A DNA stretch of 64,000 bases from an uncultured Selenomonadaceae bacterium (GCA_902778455.1 CACYXR010000017.1:60794-124793), one strand, 5' to 3'; counted from the first letter of the stretch, positions 28,292 through 38,881 are shown. Translations and numbers: made by a program. The notes: generated by a model not told the origin, from the letters alone.

Positions 28292-28397
28292 AATAGCCGA
28301 CCCGAACCGGAGAGGCAGTCATTTCGGCGTATGACGGCTGCACCGCCGACAACAGCAGCAGGAACACGGCGGCAAAAAACGGCACGAGTTTACGCAT
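28152..28397 (-). pseudogene. N-terminal signal peptide + start of SBP-type sensor domain, frameshifted relative to the kinase ORF
   Basis: MRKLVPFFAAVFLLLLSAVQPSYA signal followed by VRVGYFENGTF...GYAYEYYRKISEYTGWQYEYVYG. Overlaps ORF 26615-28291 in a different frame. Confidence 0.6.
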
Positions 28398-28530
28398 GCG
28401 ATCACGTCCTTACTTTCTTAACAAATCCGGTCAATGATCCTCCGGGCGATGCTTCAAAATGGCAACGATCGGCGCCAACGGATTGAGCGTCCGCGTTTTT
28501 CAGTCGGATTCATGTTTATCGTTTCCCACC

Positions 28531-29535
28531 CTAGTTTTCCTTCAACTGATATTCCTTATCCTCGTCTATGATTTTGAGCATGACGTCCGCGAACACCGGA
28601 TCGAACTGCGTACCCTTTCCTTTTTCGATTTCGTCCCTGACTGTTTTCTGCGGCAGAATGTCCCGATAGCTGCGGCGACTGGTCATGGCGTCATAAGCAT
28701 CCGCCACGGCGATGATCCGCGCTTCTTCCAAGATGTCCTGCCCGGACAACCCGTCCGGATATCCGGTGCCGTCGTACCGTTCATGATGCCAGCGCGCCCC
28801 GACGGAGAGCTTTGGCATTTCCTTGATCTTTTTCAGGATGCGGTCCCCCATCTCCGGGTGTTTTTTGATCAGTGCATATTCTTCGTCGGTCAGCTTTGAC
28901 GGTTTATTGATCACTGCGTTGGGAATGCCGATTTTGCCGACGTCATGCAGCAGCCCCATCATAAAGATCTCATTTTGGCGCTCCTGTGAATAGCCGCAGC
29001 GCTTCGCGATCTCCCGGGAATACACCGCCACACGCCCGGAATGGCCTTTCGTATATGTATCTTTCGCGTCAATGGCCTCCGCAAGCGTCTGGACGACATG
29101 AAGGGAAAGAGAGTTGTTCTCCTGCGTCTTCCTTTCAACCTCCGCGGCCAGATTCCGCTGCAGCCGGACCAATTCAATGGTATGCCGCACGCGAAGCACG
29201 AGCACCTCGGGTATGAAGGGCTTCTTGATAAAATCCATGGCGCCCAGCTGAAGCCCCCGCATCTCGGCTTCCTGGCTGTCATCGGCGGTCAGAAAGATGA
29301 CGGGAATGCTGTCCCCGCCGACAGTCCGGGAATTCAGCCGCTCCATCGTTTCAAACCCGTCCATCCCCGGCATTTCAATGTCCAGCAGTATCAAATCCGG
29401 TCGGCAGGACTCGACATGTTCGATGAGCGCGATGCCGGATTTCAGCGTCGTCACACGCATGTTATGTTTACTCAGAATCAGTTCTGACAGCTTCAGATTC
29501 ATTACATCATCATCAACAACAACGACCCAATCCAT
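28531..29535 (-). CDS. response regulator with HD-GYP domain (RpfG-like c-di-GMP phosphodiesterase)
   Basis: REC (VVVDDDVMN, ILLDIEMPGMDG), then HD (GLLHDVGKIGIP) and GYP (HHERYDGTGYPDGL). Confidence 0.88.
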   Translation of the reverse strand: MDWVVVVDDDVMNLKLSELILSKHNMRVTTLKSGIALIEHVESCRPDLILLDIEMPGMDGFETMERLNSRTVGGDSIPVIFLTADDSQEAEMRGLQLGAMDFIKKPFIPEVLVLRVRHTIELVRLQRNLAAEVERKTQENNSLSLHVVQTLAEAIDAKDTYTKGHSGRVAVYSREIAKRCGYSQERQNEIFMMGLLHDVGKIGIPNAVINKPSKLTDEEYALIKKHPEMGDRILKKIKEMPKLSVGARWHHERYDGTGYPDGLSGQDILEEARIIAVADAYDAMTSRRSYRDILPQKTVRDEIEKGKGTQFDPVFADVMLKIIDEDKEYQLKEN

Positions 29536-29904
29536 AAGAAAGCTCCTTCAAACGCAAAAAGACGCGGCAAATCACCGCGTCAAAACTAACCCTATGATAG
29601 CAAAGGGCCGAATCATGCTTTGCCTGCCTGCATGCACGATTTGCATCAACATAGTTCAAGCCCCTTTTCATCCGATCAAAACCTCAAAACCGCAACTTGC
29701 TGAAAACCTCACGATTATTATAGTGAAAAGACCTCAGAATTGCAAGCAAACAAAGTCTGTCTCTTTTGGTATACCATAAATCGCAGTTAAGTTTTTAAAA
29801 TCCTTGCTGCGATTTATGAGACGTCAGCCGCGCCGCCCCTTTCTTAAAACAATATCTTTTGTTATAATGATTGAAGAGAAAGACCTGTTTCCGGAGGGGT
29901 GCTT

Positions 29905-30228
29905 ATGCTCTTAACTGCCATACTGTATGTGGACAAGACCATCTACGCCCGTGCTCTTCAAGTCAATCAAGTCTCGAACGGATATGACATTGTTTCAGTA
30001 TTCCCCTCGCGCCATCTTGACGAGGACGATTTGGGAAAATGCATCGGCGATTATTTGGTCGTGGACAAAAACGCCCGGATAGCCCTGCTTTGCCTAAAAA
30101 AACATCTTGAACGGAAAATCGCCGAAGCCAGGGTAATGGGAAACGAACCCGTCGTCGCCCCCATGCTGGAGGCGTTGAGAATCACAATACAAGCGGCGGC
30201 AATAGCCAACGACTATCCGGATTTGTGA
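29905..30228 (+). CDS. hypothetical protein
   Basis: 107-aa ORF. GGAGGGG lies 5 nt before the ATG at 29905. No recognisable motif. Confidence 0.4.
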   Translation: MLLTAILYVDKTIYARALQVNQVSNGYDIVSVFPSRHLDEDDLGKCIGDYLVVDKNARIALLCLKKHLERKIAEARVMGNEPVVAPMLEALRITIQAAAIANDYPDL

Positions 30229-30345
30229 AAAAACGGTGATAATGGAATCACGCATCTATGAGGCCTTGCACTAAATGGCAGCACACAAAAAAGCGGCAGA
30301 CTTTCCGAAAGGAAACCTGCCGCTTCTGTCATTATAGAACCTTTG

Positions 30346-30858
30346 TCACAATCCTTCGATGGCGTTTGACGCGGACTCCCTTGCGGTCTTGAAAAGAAAA
30401 CTCCGCTCTTCCTCGCTGACCGCCTTGCAGGAAACATTTCTGCCTTTGTTCATGCAGCAGAACGCCTCCACGCGATCCAGCCGTTTCCATTCTCCCCGCG
30501 CGTTCAGCCGCACTTCCATATTTGCGGACTCCAGCATTGCGACGGCGTCTTCCAAAATCCGGCAGAGTTCCATCTGGAAATCCCGGGAATCAGGAACCGT
30601 GTCGTAGCAAAAGAACCGCACGTCGACGCTCAAAAGCGTCCGTTCCATCGTGATTTTCGTCTCCGGCAGGATCGACTTCAGAGGCGCCAGCGCAGCCATT
30701 ACGCCGGTTGCACGCACTTCCTCCTCTGTCACATCCGTCATGCCGGAGCGCGTAACCAGAAGCTCGCCCCGCAACGTAACGCTGTCATCGCGGAGCGCAG
30801 CCGCAAGCTGCTGACGAATCATCCGTCCGCCTTCTTTGACAGTTTCCGTCAACGTCAT
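30346..30858 (-). CDS. hypothetical protein
   Basis: 170-aa ORF, tightly following 30874-31263 on the same strand. No recognisable motif. Confidence 0.45.
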   Translation of the reverse strand: MTLTETVKEGGRMIRQQLAAALRDDSVTLRGELLVTRSGMTDVTEEEVRATGVMAALAPLKSILPETKITMERTLLSVDVRFFCYDTVPDSRDFQMELCRILEDAVAMLESANMEVRLNARGEWKRLDRVEAFCCMNKGRNVSCKAVSEEERSFLFKTARESASNAIEGL

Positions 30859-30873
30859 AGTAATCGCCTCGCT

Positions 30874-31263
30874 TTACACCCACGAAACTTCTTCGCCGCA
30901 GCGGGAGCAAAACCTGTCGTCCGAGCGCAGGCTCTCGCCGCAGGACGGACAATGGCGCACCTCTTCCAACGCGCCCGTCGTTGTCTGCACCGCGCCGCCG
31001 ATACGGCCTTCCATCTGCCCAAAGCGGGCTTCCGTGATTTTCTCGTCCGCCGCCACGCGATCCCGAAGCTGCTCTTGCCCCATACGGAGTTCCGCCACGT
31101 CGCGCTCGATGGACTTGTCTGACACCAGCGCGAGCACGATGCCGACAATGATCGGGCTGAAAAACGCCGCCGCGATGCCCCATTTCCACTGGCTGCGCCC
31201 CTTCTTATCCGCGTAATATCCGACAGCCGCGCAGCAGAGAATCCAAAAAGCGAATTCAAACAT
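30874..31263 (-). CDS. membrane protein with C-terminal zinc-ribbon
   Basis: Two N-terminal TM segments, a coiled region, and a C-terminal CPSCG...CSRCG zinc ribbon. Confidence 0.55.
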   Translation of the reverse strand: MFEFAFWILCCAAVGYYADKKGRSQWKWGIAAAFFSPIIVGIVLALVSDKSIERDVAELRMGQEQLRDRVAADEKITEARFGQMEGRIGGAVQTTTGALEEVRHCPSCGESLRSDDRFCSRCGEEVSWV

Positions 31264-31480
31264 TGTTCATCATCCTTTCCCTAATCCCGCAAATCCTTTT
31301 ACCCCTTTTTACGCCCCTATTATATGTTGCCTTGTCTGAAAAAACAATGGCGCGCGCGCGATTTCATCAGATTATAAACATCTTCTAATCTATTTTTCAT
31401 CCGCCGCGATATTCCTATTCCATTTGCTTTCTGATATACTATTCGGAGTGTAAAGACTCTCCCCGGAAAGGAAAAATAAC

Positions 31481-31897
31481 ATGAGCGACAAGAAACCGAA
31501 AATCGAAAAACCGGACACCGACGACCACGTGATCAAAATGGATATTCTCGGCATGATCCACAGCGCCGAAAATCCGTTTGACATCATTTACCATGTTGCG
31601 AACTATCTCGAAAAAAAATCCAGCGAAGAGGGCTATGCAAAGGCAGTGCTGGAAAACATGCGGACCGTTTACGGAATCGTGCTCGGCGAACAAAAGCTGC
31701 TGACCGACGAGCTTCATGACGTCGAAGCGCGGCTGGCGCATATCGAGGACGTCTGCAAAAATACGGAACTGACCGAGGAAGAAGAAATCCGCGCCGGGTT
31801 CGCCATCGACGAGCATAAAAAGAACGTCGAACGCCTCAAACTCCGTATCCAGACACTGCAAGCCAACGGCGAATCCCTGTACTTCGTAAGAAAATAA
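31481..31897 (+). CDS. hypothetical protein (helical/coiled-coil)
   Basis: 138-aa ORF with an ATG start. Charged helical sequence. Confidence 0.45.
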   Translation: MSDKKPKIEKPDTDDHVIKMDILGMIHSAENPFDIIYHVANYLEKKSSEEGYAKAVLENMRTVYGIVLGEQKLLTDELHDVEARLAHIEDVCKNTELTEEEEIRAGFAIDEHKKNVERLKLRIQTLQANGESLYFVRK

Positions 31898-31903
31898 TAC
31901 GAC

Positions 31904-31938
31904 AAAAAGAGCGGAAGCTGTCAAATCGGCTTCCGCTC
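31904..31938 (-). terminator. rho-independent terminator of the GltD-like gene
   Basis: Minus-strand reading: GAGCGGAAGC-loop-GCTTCCGCTC followed by TTTTT. Confidence 0.65.
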
Positions 31939-31953
31939 GTCTAATTATCCCTG

Positions 31954-33186
31954 TTATTCCTCTCTCGCCTTTTCCTTCAGATAGTTGCTCATGGCCTCCG
32001 CGACGTGCTTGGCGCTTTTGACCGCCTGCACCACGTTCCACGGACCGAGGGTTACGTCGCCGCCCGCGAAAACGCCCAGCCGCGTCGTTCTGCCGTCCTC
32101 GTCCACCTCCAAAAGTCCTCTTTCGTTGCTGTCGAGGCCGATGGTGGTGCTGGAAAGTTTGTCCTTCGCCCGCTGGCTGACGGCGATGATCGTACTGTCC
32201 GCCGCCGAAATGGCCGGCTCGCTGCGGGAAACGATCTCCCCCGCTTCGTTGTATTTCCGACGCACGAAAAGCGGCCCTTCGTCGGTGATGGCCAGCGTCT
32301 CCACGCCGTAGGCGATTTCCACGCCGTCCGCCAATGTATACTCCACTTCCCGCTTGCTGGCGGTAACTTTGTTGTCCCGGGAATAGATGGTGACATAGCG
32401 GCTGCCGTGGCGGATTACCGTGCGCGCCACGTCCATCGCGGAATTACCCGCGCCGATGATTGCCACCGTGTCGCCAAGCTCATAAGCGTCAGGATTTTGC
32501 AGATAATCGACGGCATAATGGACGTTGCCGAGGCTCTCGCCCTTGACGCCGAGCCTGCGCGCGCGCCATGTGCCGACGCCGATGAACACCGCGTCGAAGC
32601 CGTCGTCGAAAAGGTCGTCGATGCGGAGCGCGCCGCCGATGGTAGTATTCGGGCGGATATGGACGCCCAGCGCCCGAAGTATTTTTTCATAGCGATCCAG
32701 ACTTTTCTTCGGCAAACGGAATTCGGGGATGCCGTAGCGAAGCATGCCGCCGATCTTGTCCTTTCGCTCGAAGACGGTGACGTTGTAGCCCTGCCGCGCG
32801 AGATTCACCGCCACGGTCAGCCCCGCTGGTCCGCTGCCGATCACGGCGACCTTCTGCCCCTTGTCCGGCTCCCGCGTCGCCACGAGGCGATCGAGATACG
32901 CGTCGGAAATGTAATGTTCGATGCTTGAGATCTGTACCGGGCTGTCCGACTCCCTGCCCTGTATGCAGTTGCCCTCGCACTGCCCTTCATGGTCGCAGAC
33001 GAGCGAGCAGAAGACACTCATCGGGTTATTTTCAAAAAGCAGCGCCCCAGCCTCGTTCAGATTCCCCTCAAGAAAGAGTTTGATCATCTCGGGGATATTC
33101 GTCTTCACAGGGCAGCCGTTCTCACGGCAGGTCGGGGTCGCGCATTGCAGGCAGCGCCGGGCCTCACGGATAACATGGATCGCCAT
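31954..33186 (-). CDS. NAD(P)H-dependent Fe-S flavoprotein oxidoreductase, glutamate synthase small-subunit (GltD/SudA) family
   Basis: N-terminal Cys clusters (CLQC..C...GC; C...C..C), then two Rossmann motifs (VIGSGPAGL; IIGAGNSAMD) and C-terminal VFAGGD. Confidence 0.82.
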   Translation of the reverse strand: MAIHVIREARRCLQCATPTCRENGCPVKTNIPEMIKLFLEGNLNEAGALLFENNPMSVFCSLVCDHEGQCEGNCIQGRESDSPVQISSIEHYISDAYLDRLVATREPDKGQKVAVIGSGPAGLTVAVNLARQGYNVTVFERKDKIGGMLRYGIPEFRLPKKSLDRYEKILRALGVHIRPNTTIGGALRIDDLFDDGFDAVFIGVGTWRARRLGVKGESLGNVHYAVDYLQNPDAYELGDTVAIIGAGNSAMDVARTVIRHGSRYVTIYSRDNKVTASKREVEYTLADGVEIAYGVETLAITDEGPLFVRRKYNEAGEIVSRSEPAISAADSTIIAVSQRAKDKLSSTTIGLDSNERGLLEVDEDGRTTRLGVFAGGDVTLGPWNVVQAVKSAKHVAEAMSNYLKEKAREE

Positions 33187-33354
33187 TTCCTCACCTCATC
33201 GTGAAAGTTGGATTTTTTCTTTCTTAGTGTACCACAACTTTCTCGTTTTGCCTATCGCTCTTGTAACCGCAAAACATACATGCTATAATCAAAGTGAAAG
33301 GTGCAAGCCACACGGCAGGCGGTCAAATCACGCCCCTGAAAGGGGGCGAAGCCG

Positions 33355-33423
33355 ATGACGAAATACGATTTTTTCGCGCTGATTTTTATCTTCGCGTTAT
33401 GCGTAATCGCTCTAAAAGCATGA
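33355..33423 (+). CDS. candidate 22-aa hydrophobic peptide (type I toxin / holin-like-toxin-like)
   Basis: GAAAGGGGG SD-like stretch upstream of the ATG. Peptide MTKYDFFALIFIFALCVIALKA. Followed by hairpin AGCCGCC..GGCGGCT. Lies in a 360-bp intergenic gap. Confidence 0.3.
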   Translation: MTKYDFFALIFIFALCVIALKA

Positions 33424-33547
33424 GAAAAGCCGCCCTCCAGTTCCCACGCTGAGGCGGCTAATCTCTAGTCCGTTGATGTATCGGGGCTGACCGTTTGTCG
33501 GCGAGCACCTTTCTTTGTGTTTATTATATCCCGTTTTCTCGATTTCG

Positions 33548-34348
33548 TCAACGAATACTTATTCCGCGCGCGACACAAAACCGTAAATCTTCAACCATCC
33601 GCCAATGCTTTTCCGACGCCTCGACTGCCAACCTGTGCGCCGCCTCGCGCCTTGCCCGTTTTTTCGCCTGTTCCCGTTCGATTTGACGCAGCGTGTGTTC
33701 GTCCGGTCCGATTATCCCTCCGCCGCTCGTTACGCAGGCGTGCTCGACTTCACCTTCAGCGTTCAAGACAATCACCGAGCCATACGTTTTCGTACCGTAG
33801 AATTTTGTCCCAGGCATTGGAAGGAAGGGCTTCGAACGGTGAAACGAATAGACGCGTTCGACAGCATTCGCCACTTTACGCGCAAGCGCCGGATCGTTTT
33901 TCATCTTCTCGTCCAGTTCCGGCGGCACGAAGATCGCGTGCTTTCCAAGCGTCGCCTGCGTTTTCGCCTGCACCATCCCATCGAGCTGCGACGGATTTGC
34001 CCGCGACGGGCGCCATGAAACAACGCTTGCATCCGGCTCCTCCCGCATCAGCCTGTCAAAAGGAAAATCGTTGTGCTCCCAATCCGCGTCGGAAATTCCG
34101 GACACATCCATTACATGATAAAACCACTGTCCCGCGCCCTGCGGAAAATATTTTCCGTACGCGTCTCTCCACAAATTTGCGAAACTTTCTTCCGTCTGTG
34201 ATACCGTTTGCAAAACATCCGCAAAAGACACTCCGCCCAACGGACGCGTTTGCACTGAACCGCAGCTTTTCGCTGCCGCCGTTTCCCGGAGCGCCAACGC
34301 ATGCATGGAATCCATCTGCATAAACAATATCCTCCTTCCAGCTTCCAT
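33548..34348 (-). CDS. hypothetical protein
   Basis: 266-aa ORF with a basic C-terminal helix. No family recognised. Start uncertain (MQMDSMH is an alternative). Confidence 0.5.
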   Translation of the reverse strand: MEAGRRILFMQMDSMHALALRETAAAKSCGSVQTRPLGGVSFADVLQTVSQTEESFANLWRDAYGKYFPQGAGQWFYHVMDVSGISDADWEHNDFPFDRLMREEPDASVVSWRPSRANPSQLDGMVQAKTQATLGKHAIFVPPELDEKMKNDPALARKVANAVERVYSFHRSKPFLPMPGTKFYGTKTYGSVIVLNAEGEVEHACVTSGGGIIGPDEHTLRQIEREQAKKRARREAAHRLAVEASEKHWRMVEDLRFCVARGISIR

Positions 34349-34465
34349 ACCTTCGTTTTTATCCTCGTCCTCTGCCTATATATCGTCATTTTCACGCTAA
34401 ACTTAATGGGTTGGCGCGAAAGACGTATTTTCCGCCGCGAAATCCCAACAATTCACCTTTTTTCA

Positions 34466-34510
34466 TGAAAAAACCGCAAGCCCGGCACAATTTTCCGAGG
34501 CTTGCGGTTT
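34466..34510 (-). terminator. rho-independent terminator of pyrG
   Basis: Minus-strand reading: AAACCGCAAGCC-loop-GGCTTGCGGTTT followed by TTTT. Confidence 0.65.
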
Positions 34511-34518
34511 TCTTATGC

Positions 34519-36132
<1,614 letters not shown>

Positions 36133-36158
36133 CTAAATAAGAACCGAAGAAATACCGT

Positions 36159-36494
36159 TCAACCTTCCTGTATGCTCTCCAAAAGCTTCTCGCGGCGGCG
36201 GGTCGATTTCGCAGCGGTCGTCGACGACGAAGATGCACCCGCGGACGAGCTTGACTTCTTTGTTTCCGGCGGGTTCCACTCCGTCAGCCCCCACATGCTG
36301 CTGCCCATATGATGAAAACGGCTGTCCATGTTGATCTGCGTGTAAACCTCCGAAATCGCATGGGAAAGGGACTGCACCGGCTTCGCCTTTTTCTTGATGA
36401 CCTCCGTGACGAGATCCTTGTAATAGATTGGCTCCCCCTTCTTGGAAAGAATATAGTACGCGATGTCCGTCTCCGAGCTCTTTGCATAATTCAT
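36159..36494 (-). CDS. rpoE: RNA polymerase delta-subunit homolog (HARE-HTH domain) lacking the acidic tail
   Basis: ...VYTQINMDSRFHHMGSSMWGLTEWNP matches the RpoE N-domain signature (FYTDLNIDGRF...WGLRSWYP in B. subtilis). rpoE-pyrG synteny. The C-terminus is Ser-rich and basic. Confidence 0.75.
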   Translation of the reverse strand: MNYAKSSETDIAYYILSKKGEPIYYKDLVTEVIKKKAKPVQSLSHAISEVYTQINMDSRFHHMGSSMWGLTEWNPPETKKSSSSAGASSSSTTAAKSTRRREKLLESIQEG

Positions 36495-36525
36495 GATACC
36501 GCAAAATCCTCCTTAAATCTTGTTG

Positions 36526-38175
36526 TTACATTTTTTCGGGCGCACTGACACCCAATATGGAAAGCGCATGGCGAATCACCTGCGCCGTCTTCCCCGCCAA
36601 CGCGAGACGCGCCCCCGCCAGCTTCGGCTCGACGCCCATGATTCGGCAGCGGCTGTAAAAACTGTGGAACGCACTGGCCATTTCGTGGGCGACCCGCGCA
36701 ATCCGCTGGGGCGCCAAATCGGCAGCCGCCTTCTCCACCTCGCGCGGATATTCCTCGATTTTCTTGATCAAATCCAGCTCCGACTCGTCTGTCAAAAGCT
36801 CGAAGGCGTCGCTCTCTTTGAGTCCTGTTTCCTCCGCCTGCCGGAATATGCTCCTGATGCGCGCGTGGGCGTACTGGACGTAATAAACGGGATTCTCGCT
36901 GGACTGGGACTTCGCCAGGTCGATATCGAAATCCAGCTGGCTGTCCGGCGAGCGCATCACAAAGAAATACCGCGCCGCATCCGTGCCGACCTCCTCGATC
37001 AGCTCCGCCAGCGTCACACTCTCGCCGGTGCGCTTCGACATCTTGACGGCCTCGCCGCCCCGCAGCAGGCTCACCATCTGGAGCAGCATGACCGTCAGGT
37101 TGTCCGGGTTGCCGCCCAGAGCCTTGATGGCGGCCTTGACTCGGCAGATATAGCCGTGATGATCGGCGCCCCAAAGATTGATCACGCGTCCGAAGCCGCG
37201 CTCGAACTTGTCCTTGTGATAGGCGATATCAGCCGCCAAATAGGTCGGCTCACCGCCCGCGCGGATTACCACGCGATCCTTGTCGTCGCCGTAGTCCGTC
37301 GAGCGGAGCCAAAGCGCGCCGTCCTTTTCGTAAATGTTCCCGTTGGCTCGGAGTTTCTCCACCGCCGCGTTGACCTTGTCCGGGTGCAGCGTTCGCTCGC
37401 TGAACCAAACGTCATATTTGACGTTGAACGCCGCCAAATCCTCTTTCAAGGCCGCGAGTTTTTCCGTGAGAGCGCGTTCCTTGAAAATCGCCATCCGTTC
37501 CGCTTCAGGCATCCCGAGATATTTTTCGCCGTCCTTCTCCTTGATGCGGCGCGCCGTCTCGATGATATCCTGCCCGCGGTAGCCGTCCTCCGGCACCTCG
37601 ACGTTTTTCCCGCAAAGCTGCAGGTATCGCGCGTTCACCGATTCCGCCAAATGGTCGATCTGGTTGCCGGCGTCGTTGATGTAATACTCGGCTTCAACGT
37701 CATAACCGGCCGCGCGCAGGAGATTTACCAACGCGCTGCCCACCGCTGCGCCGCGCCCGTGGCCGACATGAAGCGGGCCGGTCGGGTTCGCGCTGACGTA
37801 CTCGACCTGCGTCCTCGGCGCGTCCTTCTTCGGGAGATTGCCGTAGTCCTCCCCCGCCGCGACAGCCGCGCGAAGGCCGTCATAAATCACGTCCTTCGTC
37901 AGGTAAAAATTGATGAAACCCGGCCCCGCGATTTCCACGCGCTCGATTCCGTCCTTCGCAAACCGCTCCGAAAGCGCCTCGGCAATCTGCCGCGGGCTTT
38001 TATGAAAAGCCTTTGCCGACTTCATCGCGAAATTCGTCGCGAAATCGCCCATTTCTTTTTTCGGAGGCACCTCCAATTCCACCGCCGGAAGCTCTGCCTC
38101 GGGGAAAACGCCGTCCGCGATTCCCTGCTCCGCCGCCGCTCGTATCACCGCGGCCAGCTTTTCCTTCATGTCCAT
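36526..38175 (-). CDS. argS: arginine--tRNA ligase
   Basis: HIGH-type motif (SANPTGPLHVGHGR), KMSK-type motif (VKMSKRTG), anticodon-binding domain. ATG at 38175 preceded by AGAGAGGGAAA; the maximal ORF reaches 38217. Confidence 0.95.
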   Translation of the reverse strand: MDMKEKLAAVIRAAAEQGIADGVFPEAELPAVELEVPPKKEMGDFATNFAMKSAKAFHKSPRQIAEALSERFAKDGIERVEIAGPGFINFYLTKDVIYDGLRAAVAAGEDYGNLPKKDAPRTQVEYVSANPTGPLHVGHGRGAAVGSALVNLLRAAGYDVEAEYYINDAGNQIDHLAESVNARYLQLCGKNVEVPEDGYRGQDIIETARRIKEKDGEKYLGMPEAERMAIFKERALTEKLAALKEDLAAFNVKYDVWFSERTLHPDKVNAAVEKLRANGNIYEKDGALWLRSTDYGDDKDRVVIRAGGEPTYLAADIAYHKDKFERGFGRVINLWGADHHGYICRVKAAIKALGGNPDNLTVMLLQMVSLLRGGEAVKMSKRTGESVTLAELIEEVGTDAARYFFVMRSPDSQLDFDIDLAKSQSSENPVYYVQYAHARIRSIFRQAEETGLKESDAFELLTDESELDLIKKIEEYPREVEKAAADLAPQRIARVAHEMASAFHSFYSRCRIMGVEPKLAGARLALAGKTAQVIRHALSILGVSAPEKM

Positions 38176-38216
38176 CCGTTTCCCTCTCTTAATATCACAT
38201 TGCTTGATTGACTTCA

Positions 38217-38360
38217 CTTGCCTTCCCCTTGAGGGGAAGGTGGCGCGCGAAGCGCGACGGATGAGGTGTTACAGAATTCAACGCTTAACACATACGCAAC
38301 GTTACAGCCACCTCACCCACCGCCTACGGCGGTCCCCCCTCCCCTCAAGGGGAGGGCAAG
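38217..38360. repeat. REP-like nested-palindrome element (~144 bp)
   Basis: Arms CTTGCCTTCCCCTTGAGGGGAAGGTGG and CCCCTCCCCTCAAGGGGAGGGCAAG are mutually inverted, and each contains its own palindrome (CCCCTTGAGGGG / CCCCTCAAGGGG). Inner pairing GATGAGGTG / CACCTCACC. Confidence 0.6.
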
Positions 38361-38372
38361 GATAGATAAGTA

Positions 38373-38810
38373 TCAGTTCAATCTCCCGATCTCGCTTGCG
38401 TCCGGGCTGATCGAGATATGCAGCGCATTGTCGCTCTGCCACGCGCCGTTGAGCGCCATCGCGTAATCCACATAGATCTCGCCCGAGACGTTCCCGTAAG
38501 CGATCTCCATACTCCGCGTCCGCACCGACATCTTCATGCTGCCGAACGGCGTCTGGTACTCGCTGGTGCTCTCCATTCCGTTCATGAAATATTGATCCTG
38601 AGCAATCGCGCCGTTCCGCGTCAAGCGCAGGCGATCCGGCTCAATCCGCAGGATGGTCGAGATCGTCTCGTCCGCCATCTGATCGTCATAAAGCACATAG
38701 TGCATCCCGTTTTTTTCGTAATGGCGGCCCTCCGCCACCACCTCGATGGCGTTCGTCTCGCCGTCCGCCCCCGTCTGCTCGCCGCGCACCTTCACAATAA
38801 CCTTTTCCAT
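38373..38810 (-). CDS. DUF1934 (YwiB-like) beta-barrel protein
   Basis: 145 aa with a typical DUF1934 N-terminus (KVIVKVRGEQT...HYVLYDD). Conserved position upstream of argS. Confidence 0.75.
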   Translation of the reverse strand: MEKVIVKVRGEQTGADGETNAIEVVAEGRHYEKNGMHYVLYDDQMADETISTILRIEPDRLRLTRNGAIAQDQYFMNGMESTSEYQTPFGSMKMSVRTRSMEIAYGNVSGEIYVDYAMALNGAWQSDNALHISISPDASEIGRLN

Positions 38811-38881
38811 CCGTTCACCTCGTCAAAAAACATACTATATTATTATAGCCTACAGCGCCCGTTCCGTCTACGGGAAAATTA

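Noticed and set aside
38176-38372. Possible T-box or other leader riboswitch upstream of argS.
   Set aside because: The region has no T-box sequence (no ..GGTGGTACCGCG.. element or specifier-loop layout). It is explained by the REP-like palindromic element.
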